This document shows, piece after piece, positions 35,944 through 46,484 of a DNA stretch of 46,484 nt; the stretch's first letter is position 1, and every line of letters begins with the position of its first letter. The DNA is from Candidatus Eiseniibacteriota bacterium (lineage in GTDB: Bacteria > Eisenbacteria > RBG-16-71-46 > DASYSL01), in contig JBKJJJ010000126.1 in NCBI GenBank assembly GCA_046598045.1, forward strand, positions 1 to 46,484. The letters run 5' to 3'. A program made the translations under genes and the position numbers. The notes under the pieces were generated by a model. The model ran no database searches. It had not been told where the DNA came from and was given only the letters and a program-made list of their open reading frames with translations.

Positions 35944-38900
35944 ATGCGTTACGCAGGACTGGTGCGGACTCTTGGATGGGTGATGATCTCGATCCATGCC
36001 GCCGGCGCGACCCCGGCCGCCGCACGGGCGACCGGGTTGCCCCGGATCTTCCCGCAGCTCTCGCTGTCGAGGACCCGGATCGCCTTTGCGCATGCGGGGG
36101 ATCTGTGGCTGGTGCCGCATACCGGCGGGGCGGCGGTCCGGCTGACGTCGGGGCCGGAGAATGACTCCCATCCAAGTTTCTCCCCGGACGGCGCTTGGAT
36201 CGCCTTCTCGCGGGCGGTCGGGGGGGATGCGGACGTCTACGTCCTTCCGGTCGAAGGAGGGACGCCGGCTCGCCTGACCTTCCATCCCGCCACCGAGCTC
36301 GTGCGCGGCTGGTCACCGAGTGGTACGCAAATCCTCTTCACGGCCGCCCGGGGAATGAGCTGGCAGTCGCGGCTCTACACCGTCCCCGCGGATGGCGGGC
36401 CCAGCCGCGAGCTACCCATCCCGATTGCGTGGAACGGCGTCTTCGCGCCCGACGGGCGGATCGTCTACGCGCCGCGCGAAGTGATCGGGCGATACGCGAC
36501 GTCGTGGCGCGGCTATCGCGGCGGCTCGATGGGAGCGCTCGAGATCGCCGACCTCCGCGCCGGCACGTTCACGCCGCTCTCCTCCGACCAGGGCAACGAC
36601 CGCCTTCCCGTCTGGGCCGGAGATCGGTTGCTCATCGCCTCCGACCGGGCGGATGGTCTCTACAATGTCTACTCGCTCGACGTGACGACCGGCCGGGCAA
36701 GCCCGATCACGCGCTTCCGCGGCACCGGGATCGGCGCGCTGGCCGGCTCCCCCGAGGGAGCCGCTGCGTATGAACGAGATGGCTCACTCTTCCTCCTGGA
36801 TCCTGCGACCGGACGCTCGCAGCCGGTCCCGATCGCGCTCCCAGCCGATCGTGGCGAGATGGTCGAGCGGCAGGTTGCCGCGGGCGACTACATCGACGGC
36901 GCCCAGGTCGGCGCGAACGGCGATGTCGCGGTCGTCGCGCGGGGCGACATCTTCCTCGTCGATGGCGCGGGGCACGCCCGCAATCTCACCGCCTCGAGCT
37001 CCGTGACCGAGCAGGCGCCGGCGTTCTCCGCAGATGGCCGGCGGCTCGCCTACGTGTCGTTCGGCGCCGGCGGCGACGCCCTGGTCCTTCAGGACCTGGC
37101 GCGTCCTTCCTCGCGGCGGACAATTGCCCTGCCGCGCGCCCGCGGAGGCTTTTTCGAGACCCAGTGGTCCCCGGACGGCCGCCGCCTTGTCGTCACCGAC
37201 TTTCGCGCCGGGCTGTGGCTCGTCGATGCCATCACCGGCTCGAGCCGCATGATCGATGCCGGGACGCACATGAACGACTACTCGTTCGAGGTTGCGTGGT
37301 CGCCCGACGGGCAGTGGCTGACGTACGCGAGGCACCTGCCGAACAACAACCGGGCGCTGTTCCTGCAGCACGTCGCCGGAGGCCCGAAATATCAGCTCAC
37401 CTCGGGCGAGGTCGACACCGGATCCCCGACGTTCGACCGCGGCGGCAGGCAAATCGATTTCATCGCCAGCGGCAATGCCGCAGCAGCCGAGGCCTTCGGC
37501 ATGTACCCCGCAATTCTCCGCCCCCTCGTCCTGCGCAGGATTCAGGTGGCCGCTGTCGATCTGTCGCAATCACGCGACGCGCTCCGCCGGTCGCTCAGCC
37601 CTGCGGCATTCGCGTCGCGAATCCGGACCCTCCCATTCGAGGCGAGTGATTACGGGGCGATCGCGGTGCTGGACGACACCACGTTGTTCGCCTCGGCCAG
37701 GCAATGGCCGGCAACGCCGGGGCGCGACCGCGCGACCCTCGCGCTCTTTCGTCTTGATCGCCGGTCCCCGAAGCCGGCGATGGTCGCTTCCGACGTCGAT
37801 CGGTTCGCGCTCTCGCCCGACCGCACCAGGCTGCTCGTCAACGCCGGCGACAACTGGTCCGTGCGGCCGCTGCCGTCGGGAACCGGCGGCACGACGTTCT
37901 CGCTCGCCGATGTTCGGCTGACGGTGAAGCTGCAAGAGGAGTGGCGACAAATCTACCGCGAGGCCTGGCGGGAGCTGCGCGACACCTTCTATGACCCGGC
38001 CTACCACGGTCAGGACATCGCCGCCCTGGAGGAGCGCTACGCCCGCTACCTGCCCGGCATCACCCGGCGCACCGACCTGAACGCTTTGCTCTATCTGGCG
38101 CTCGGCAACGTTTCGGTTTCGCACATTGCCATCGAAGGTGGCGACAACGGAGCCAAGGTATCGCCGCCGCCTGCGAGCGGTCTGCTCGGCGCGGATCTCG
38201 CCATCGACGCCGGCCGGTTTCGCTTCACTCGCATCCACTCCGGCCGGCCGTTCGCGGCGGAGTCGATCCCCGCCGGGGTGTTCGACGGGCTCGATCCGCC
38301 GGTCAAGGCGGGCGACTATCTTCTCCGGATCAATGGTGTCGAGGCGACGGCGGACCGGGATCTCCACTTCTATCTTCTCGGCACTGCGGGACGCCCGACC
38401 ACGCTGACCGTCGCCGAGACCCCTGACGGACGCGGCGCGCGCACGATCACCGTGCAACCGCTAGCGTCGGATGCATCCCTTCGTGAAGCGGCGTGGATCG
38501 AGGGCAATCGCGCAATCGTCGACGCCCGCTCGAACGGAACGCTTGCCTACGTCTACATTCCCGATTATCAGGAGCGGGGAATGGCCGCCTTCCTTCGCCA
38601 GTGGACGGCGGCCAGCGACAAGGACGGGGTGGTCATCGACCAGCGTTACAACCCCGGCGGTTGGGCCGCCGATTTCATCCTCGATCTCGTCTCCCGGAGG
38701 CCACTCTCCTACTACACGTTTCGTGACGCTCGGGATCTGCCGTTCCCCGTGATCAGCAATGCCGGACCGCGGGCCCTGCTCGTCAACGAGCGCAACGGCT
38801 CGGCCGCGGACACGTTCCCCTGGGTGTTTCAGCGAGCCGGGGTGGGGCCGATCGTGGGACATCGCACCGCGGGATGGGGCGTCGGGCATCTCTCGCAGAT

Positions 38901-39153
38901 CACGTTCGCAGATGGCGGCGCATTGTCCCTACCGCTCCGGGCGTTCTTCAACCCCGACGGTCGCTGGGACATCGAAAATCACGGCGTGTCCCCCGACATT
39001 CGCGCGGAGATCGATCCCGCCGGTGCACTGCGGGGCGAGGACGCCCAGCTGAACGCCGCCATCGATGCCGTCCTCGCGCTGCGAAAGGAAAATCCGACCT
39101 CGGCGCCACGCCACCCCGAGCCTCTCGTGTATCCGCCGCAAGCGGAGCATTGA
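35944..39153 (+). CDS. Tricorn-like S41 protease
   Basis: PD40/beta-propeller repeats (FSPDG, WSPDG), EWRQIYREAWR..FYDP, VSH, PDZ-like domain, AYVYIPD, IDQRYNPGG, GSAADTFP, IENHGVSPD. Confidence 0.93.
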   Translation: MRYAGLVRTLGWVMISIHAAGATPAAARATGLPRIFPQLSLSRTRIAFAHAGDLWLVPHTGGAAVRLTSGPENDSHPSFSPDGAWIAFSRAVGGDADVYVLPVEGGTPARLTFHPATELVRGWSPSGTQILFTAARGMSWQSRLYTVPADGGPSRELPIPIAWNGVFAPDGRIVYAPREVIGRYATSWRGYRGGSMGALEIADLRAGTFTPLSSDQGNDRLPVWAGDRLLIASDRADGLYNVYSLDVTTGRASPITRFRGTGIGALAGSPEGAAAYERDGSLFLLDPATGRSQPVPIALPADRGEMVERQVAAGDYIDGAQVGANGDVAVVARGDIFLVDGAGHARNLTASSSVTEQAPAFSADGRRLAYVSFGAGGDALVLQDLARPSSRRTIALPRARGGFFETQWSPDGRRLVVTDFRAGLWLVDAITGSSRMIDAGTHMNDYSFEVAWSPDGQWLTYARHLPNNNRALFLQHVAGGPKYQLTSGEVDTGSPTFDRGGRQIDFIASGNAAAAEAFGMYPAILRPLVLRRIQVAAVDLSQSRDALRRSLSPAAFASRIRTLPFEASDYGAIAVLDDTTLFASARQWPATPGRDRATLALFRLDRRSPKPAMVASDVDRFALSPDRTRLLVNAGDNWSVRPLPSGTGGTTFSLADVRLTVKLQEEWRQIYREAWRELRDTFYDPAYHGQDIAALEERYARYLPGITRRTDLNALLYLALGNVSVSHIAIEGGDNGAKVSPPPASGLLGADLAIDAGRFRFTRIHSGRPFAAESIPAGVFDGLDPPVKAGDYLLRINGVEATADRDLHFYLLGTAGRPTTLTVAETPDGRGARTITVQPLASDASLREAAWIEGNRAIVDARSNGTLAYVYIPDYQERGMAAFLRQWTAASDKDGVVIDQRYNPGGWAADFILDLVSRRPLSYYTFRDARDLPFPVISNAGPRALLVNERNGSAADTFPWVFQRAGVGPIVGHRTAGWGVGHLSQITFADGGALSLPLRAFFNPDGRWDIENHGVSPDIRAEIDPAGALRGEDAQLNAAIDAVLALRKENPTSAPRHPEPLVYPPQAEH

Positions 39154-39247
39154 GGGGCGGTCCATTCCATGCAGCCGCGCACGCATCATGCCTCCAGGAC
39201 TGACTCCCGTGGCGCGTTAGGCTGCCGTCGGGCGCGGCGGCCGCGCC

Positions 39248-39299
39248 CGGTTCGTAGTCAGCCACAGTTGGCTCGGGGCCTTGGTCAGTGTGCGAACCG
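39248..39299. repeat. att-like site 2
   Basis: CGGTTCGtagtCAGCCACAGTTGGCTCGGGGCCTTGGTCAGTGTGCGAACCG: shares the core with sites 1 and 3, and has outer inverted arms CGGTTCG/CGAACCG. Confidence 0.8.
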
Positions 39300-39456
39300 C
39301 GTTAGATGTTGGGAACACGCTGTGATCGTGCGAGTGGGGGGAGTGAAGTGTGCAATCTGTGCAGCGGGCAACTCGCTCCCGCCAGTACTCCTCGGCAATG
39401 CCCAACGCAGCAGCGACCAGCGAGGCGAACCAGTAGGGCGGATTCAACTGGCACCG

Positions 39457-40725
39457 TTATTGGAGAAACACCACTCTCGCAGTCGTGGCCTGATCCTTTT
39501 GCCGGATGCGCACGAAATAGATTCCCGACGTGACATCCAGCTCGTCGCGATCGCGGCCCACGACGAGTTGTCCTGCCGCCCCGGTCATGCCGTGGAACTG
39601 CGTCACGCGACGACCGCTCAAATCGTAGATTCCGCCCATGACAGCTTCGTTCGGAACCCCGGAGATCTGGAACGAGACTCGATCCCCTCGAGTGGCAGGC
39701 GAACCCAGGACCCGCAGAGACAAGCCCGAGGCTCGGCCCGGTGCAGGCACGGACACCGGGCCGCCGCCGGCAAATTTCTGCACGCGGTCGTTGAACGCAT
39801 CTGCCACGTAGAGGGCACCGTCGGATCCGAGGGCCACGCCAACTGGACCATCAAACTGTCCCTGACCCGTCCCGGTCGTGCCCCAACGCAAGAGAAAACT
39901 GCCCGCCGTGCTAAACACCTGCACTTGGTCATTGAACGAGTCCGCCACGTAAACATGCCCGTACTGGTCGACAGCAAGGCCGAACGGATTTGCCAACGCC
40001 CCGTCGCCGCTCGTACCTGGAAAGCCAAATGACACTAGATAGGCTCCAGAGCTCGTGAATTTCTGAATACGACTCGCTGTCGGATCGAAGTCGCTGACAT
40101 AAACAAAACCTTGTGGATCTATAGTAATGCCATATGGTTTCTTGAATTGTCCATCACCAATGCCAAGAGATCCCCACTGCGCCACGAATTGCCCCGCAGC
40201 AGTGAACTTCTGGACTCGCGCGTTCTCCGAATCGGCGATATATACGAAACCCTGAGCATCAATCGCAATGCCTTCGGGATGGTCCAGTTGGCCGGGCCCA
40301 GAGCCGAAGGTGCCAAAGGTGCCAATGTACGCACCCGCGCTGCCATAGATCTCAACTTCAGAACTGGACCCATCCAGGGCGTAGACGTTTCCGTTTGGAG
40401 CCACTGCCAATGAATATACGAATTCCCCGATCTGCCCTTGACCTGTTCCCTGCGTGCCCCACTTTGTCAGAAAGCTACCGGTCGATGTAAACTTCTGGAT
40501 CTGTACTTGCGGACTAAAGACATCGGCAACGTAAACGACGTCTCCCGGACCGATGGCAAGGCAGTACGGCCGCATGAATTGCCCGTCTGCAGTGCCATTA
40601 CTGCCCCACGAGAGGACAAACTGGGGCGGAGCAGCTACGGCAGAGCTTGAGACTGCGACTCCCGCGGCAAGTGTAAACAACCACAAGGCTCTCTGCCTAA
40701 GACTTGTGCGTATGCAAGTGATCAT
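39457..40725 (-). CDS. Secreted NHL-repeat (6-bladed beta-propeller) protein with C-terminal sorting domain
   Basis: Six repeats WGxxGxGxGQFxxPxG.A....VYVAD..N.RVQKF; tail IYDLSGRRV..SGIYFVRI. Visibly lower GC than the flanking genes. Confidence 0.9.
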   Translation of the reverse strand: MITCIRTSLRQRALWLFTLAAGVAVSSSAVAAPPQFVLSWGSNGTADGQFMRPYCLAIGPGDVVYVADVFSPQVQIQKFTSTGSFLTKWGTQGTGQGQIGEFVYSLAVAPNGNVYALDGSSSEVEIYGSAGAYIGTFGTFGSGPGQLDHPEGIAIDAQGFVYIADSENARVQKFTAAGQFVAQWGSLGIGDGQFKKPYGITIDPQGFVYVSDFDPTASRIQKFTSSGAYLVSFGFPGTSGDGALANPFGLAVDQYGHVYVADSFNDQVQVFSTAGSFLLRWGTTGTGQGQFDGPVGVALGSDGALYVADAFNDRVQKFAGGGPVSVPAPGRASGLSLRVLGSPATRGDRVSFQISGVPNEAVMGGIYDLSGRRVTQFHGMTGAAGQLVVGRDRDELDVTSGIYFVRIRQKDQATTARVVFLQ

Positions 40726-40743
40726 GATCGTCTCCTTGACTTG

Positions 40744-43083
40744 CTAGAACTTCAGCCAGTTTGTGCCATCCGAGACTTGCAAATGGCTGCTACCCGGATT
40801 TATTGTGACGACCCAGATCATTGAGCCCGGGCGAAACAGAGTTGCGCTTGGCAGATTCATTTCATTCAAGTGCCTGGGGATAACTACAGATCCCTGACTT
40901 GTTCCAAAGACTGTTAGCGAGCCCGCGGTAATTCTTGGCACGCCCGTCGTGGTATTGATATCGCGGTTGCACATTTCGACGCAGTCGCTACATCCGCTGT
41001 CAAAATTGATGATCTCGGTCTTGAATCCTTCTACCGAGTTGTTAACACAGTATCCGAAGGCACACCCGACGAATGCGATTGCTCGGTCAGGACCGCTCGA
41101 AGGGGTCTGGGGGTTCCCGGCAAGAAGGCAATCACTGATCCGCGCATTGTGAGAATCCTTGAAGCGAACGAACTGCTTACACCCCGTCGGTGGACCCTCA
41201 AAGTAACAATTTGCGACTTCTACCTTGTAGGCGAGTTGGGTATTGACCGCGACCCCCACGACCGAGAGGTCCTCGGCCACCGTATGGCCCTCATTGAGCT
41301 CGAGGGTGCACCCCCACAGCGTGACACTTCCGATACCGGTGCCGAGGGTGTCGGGAGGAATGAGCGCGTCTCCGATATTCGCGCCGATACCGCCGTTGCT
41401 GCTGATTCCACACCCCATGAATCGGATGGTCGTGGAAGTCCCGTTCGGTTGAGATCCCTGGATACGTAGCCCGTCGCCTTTGTTCGTGATGATCTCGCAG
41501 TTGATCGCGGTTAGGAGGATCGTGTCCCTAAGCAGGAGACCGTGCTTGGACGTGCCCGTGATCATCACGTTCTCGAGATAGCAGTGCTGAACGAGTCTGG
41601 TCGGTGCGATTGCGCCCGTGTACCCGTCGATGATGACCCCGCATGTTCCATGCTCGAGATCGCGGCTGGCAGCCGCTCCGTCGAACTTGAGGCGGTACAG
41701 TCGCGCCTCGGCGGCACGGATCGTGAGCAAGTCGATGGGGAGATTGGTCGGATCGTCGGGAGTGATGATCGTCGTCACCCCCTCTCCGATCAAAGTGACG
41801 TTCGGCTTCGTGATCGTGAGACCGGTTCGTAGTCGGTAGGTGCCCGTGGGGACATAGACCACGCCGCCGATCGCGGGGAGCGCATCGATGGCCTCCTGGA
41901 TGCCTGCATAGTCCGTTGCATTGATCCCGTAGGGAACTGAGCTGCAGGCCACGCCTGTCTGATCCGCATAGAGCCGGATTGCCGGCAGTACCTCGACACC
42001 AATGACTCCCCAGGGCCGTAAAGCACTGAGGGTCCAGGTGACCGCGACTGACCCGCCTGCGGTGCTGAGTTTCGTTGCCCCAGCGCCGAGGGTGCGATTG
42101 AGGTTTCCTGTACTGCCGCCGCTCAAGTTCCAGCGCGAGGTGGAACCTGCATCCACTGTCGCGGTCGTGGTTCCGGTGACGGTGTTGACGCCGAGAGCCG
42201 CGAGCACGAAGCCGTTCATGATCGAATTACTGATGGTGATCGCTGCGCTCGTGCCTGTGGCCTGGGCGGTTCGCGGGATACCGAACGGTGTTTCCTGATC
42301 TGCGTCATTGAAGCTGATCGATCCGGCGGCAACACCCTTGGTCCCCGACCCCGACCAGGTCGCAACGATTGCCTGAGAACCCGTAGGCGGGTCGACCAGG
42401 TAGAAGAGGTCTACGAGGTTTGCAAATGCGAGCCGCGTCATCGCATGGCCGCCATAGGTGACCGAATCCAGAGTCTCTAAGGCAGTCGTTTCCTGCCATG
42501 AAATGGCGACAAGAACGACTCGGCCCGTGCCGCTCGCCGTGTGATTCCACGTCATTGTGTTTTGGGCCGTCGGCAGGTTCGACGATTGGACGGCGTCGAA
42601 CGTGACGGCGGAGGCTGATGTGATGACATAGTCGTAAGAGCCTTCAGGGAGGAAAACGGTTGCCCGACCGCCACTGTCCGCGATGACGAGATTCCCGATG
42701 ACCGCGAGCCCGAGCTCATCGGCGTAGGCGTTGGGTCGGTTGGTAAGATCGATCAGGCGTGTTCCGGCGAGCACGGTCACCGAGGCGCCACTACTGTTCG
42801 AGAGGGTGACTTGTTTGGTTGAAGGGTTTACAGAGGATACCGTAAGAACTACGCCCCCCCCCACACCGATCATGACGCTGTCGCCTGCCAGGAGTCCGCC
42901 GAGGGAATAAACGGTCAGCGTTCCCGTGAAGCTATTCGCAATCGTCGTGGATGGCGTGCTTACCGTCGCGCCTTGCCGGTAGAATTCAATCCGGCCCTGG
43001 GGCATCGGAACTTGGCCACCGTAGCCCAAGGAAGGATCGCGGATCGCAAGCACATCGAATTTTCGCAGGATTGCACCCGACAT
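40744..43083 (-). CDS. Tailspike-like protein with right-handed beta-helix (pectate-lyase-3-like)
   Basis: IQEAIDALPAIGGVVYVPTGTY..VTLIGEG opens a beta-helix. No signal peptide. ATG at 43083 after GAGGA. Lower GC. Confidence 0.7.
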   Translation of the reverse strand: MSGAILRKFDVLAIRDPSLGYGGQVPMPQGRIEFYRQGATVSTPSTTIANSFTGTLTVYSLGGLLAGDSVMIGVGGGVVLTVSSVNPSTKQVTLSNSSGASVTVLAGTRLIDLTNRPNAYADELGLAVIGNLVIADSGGRATVFLPEGSYDYVITSASAVTFDAVQSSNLPTAQNTMTWNHTASGTGRVVLVAISWQETTALETLDSVTYGGHAMTRLAFANLVDLFYLVDPPTGSQAIVATWSGSGTKGVAAGSISFNDADQETPFGIPRTAQATGTSAAITISNSIMNGFVLAALGVNTVTGTTTATVDAGSTSRWNLSGGSTGNLNRTLGAGATKLSTAGGSVAVTWTLSALRPWGVIGVEVLPAIRLYADQTGVACSSVPYGINATDYAGIQEAIDALPAIGGVVYVPTGTYRLRTGLTITKPNVTLIGEGVTTIITPDDPTNLPIDLLTIRAAEARLYRLKFDGAAASRDLEHGTCGVIIDGYTGAIAPTRLVQHCYLENVMITGTSKHGLLLRDTILLTAINCEIITNKGDGLRIQGSQPNGTSTTIRFMGCGISSNGGIGANIGDALIPPDTLGTGIGSVTLWGCTLELNEGHTVAEDLSVVGVAVNTQLAYKVEVANCYFEGPPTGCKQFVRFKDSHNARISDCLLAGNPQTPSSGPDRAIAFVGCAFGYCVNNSVEGFKTEIINFDSGCSDCVEMCNRDINTTTGVPRITAGSLTVFGTSQGSVVIPRHLNEMNLPSATLFRPGSMIWVVTINPGSSHLQVSDGTNWLKF

Positions 43084-43326
43084 AATTTCCTCACCCAGGA
43101 TCGTGCCCGACCGATCCAGTCTGGGCCGTTTCTGGGCCGAAAACAAGCCGGCGTGCCTAAGTCCTTCATTTTCATCACTCCTCTTGCGCCCCGATCCCCC
43201 GCCGTCGAGGCGATCGAGCACCCCGCGGAGATTGCCCCGATTCCGTCAACAGTTAGCCTAGGCTGACTCGGTTGCACGCGCCTTCTCGAATGCCGGCCGG
43301 CCTGACCGATCAAGCCCTCCCCCCAA

Positions 43327-43363
43327 AACGCAAAAACCTCCCCCGCCCGAAGGCAAGGGAGGC
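43327..43363 (-). terminator. Intrinsic terminator
   Basis: Minus strand CCTCCCTTGCC-TTCG-GGCGGGGGAGG-TTTTTGCGTT. Confidence 0.7.
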
Positions 43364-43366
43364 TCA

Positions 43367-43411
43367 GACCGCACACAGCCACATTTGGCTCGCGGAATAG
43401 GACTCGAACCG
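43367..43411. repeat. att-like site 3 with tRNA-3'-end-like right arm
   Basis: 26-nt exact repeat of site 1. The minus strand reads GGTTCGAGTCCTATTCCGCGAGCCA, like a tRNA T-loop to CCA segment, but no 5' tRNA half is present. Confidence 0.8.
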
Positions 43412-43492
43412 GCGCGCGCGACAGTCCTGACGCCGCCCAACGCACGAGCGGGGAGCTCGAGGCTGGGCGGCGCCGTCGTCACTGTGAAGCGA

Positions 43493-46277
<2,785 letters not shown>

Positions 46278-46309
46278 GGGGCTGGTCTCCGGGGTGCTCG
46301 CGTCACGGA

Positions 46310-46324
46310 TAAGAACGATTCTTG
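46310..46324. promoter_or_regulatory. Per/Fur-box-like operator
   Basis: TAAGAACGATTCTTG, an AT-rich 7-1-7 imperfect palindrome just upstream of the perR-katG pair. Confidence 0.55.
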
Positions 46325-46484
46325 AACCGGAATCTATTCAAACGGCCCGGCCGGGGCAAGCCAGAAAACACGCGAGGCCGGTCGCCTCGCGGCTCCCGAC
46401 CTCGTAAGTGCCTGCCGTTTGGTCGGTTGGGAGTTCGGAAGCCCGGCCCATTAAACGCGATCTCGCACCACAAGGGGTGCGAGA

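Larger units (their letters stand above)
34883..43392. mobile_element. ~8.5-kb island of two att-delimited cargo cassettes
   Basis: Bounded by an exact 26-nt direct repeat, has a third internal site, sits next to a recombinase remnant, and shows a composition shift in the second cassette. Confidence 0.65.

Noticed and set aside
39214..39307. Integron attC site (GTTAGGC and GTTAGAT motifs)
   Set aside because: No matching RYYYAAC box at a suitable distance and no IntI in the window. The serine-recombinase-type site explains the boundary better.
43387..43440. Intact tRNA gene on the minus strand
   Set aside because: Only a T-loop-to-CCA-like segment is present; the T stem 5' side and the D and anticodon arms are missing.

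Overview
High-GC bacterial chromosomal window. Several proteins end in FlgD/T9SS-like C-terminal domains, and one ends in a 'TWGxxKxxYR' tail. This pattern suggests a Candidatus Eisenbacteria/Krumholzibacteria-like organism (inference only). From left to right: the start of a tad/flp pilus operon (cpaB, tadE, cpaA, two small Flp pilins missed by the ORF track) behind sigma54-like promoters; nadE preceded by an RsmZ/CsrB-like GGA-hairpin RNA; housekeeping and envelope genes (NUDIX, PDZ protein, rlmD, pepA, SDR, GT2); a three-gene metal/redox locus whose middle gene is an exported beta-barrel-like protein read through two in-frame TGA codons (U-S-G-U) followed by a SECIS-like hairpin; TetR with an S41 peptidase; two Ser/Thr kinases (one broken); a non-canonical tRNA-like element; secreted proteases; a large serine recombinase remnant followed by three related att-like sites that delimit two cargo cassettes (AraC + tricorn protease; NHL protein + tailspike-like protein); and perR/fur-katG. 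The main candidates for new biology are the UxxU selenoprotein locus (17.3-19.1 kb), the serine-recombinase att/cassette array (34.5-43.4 kb) and the Rsm-like sRNA (5.2-5.3 kb). All calls come from reading the sequence by eye; no searches were run.
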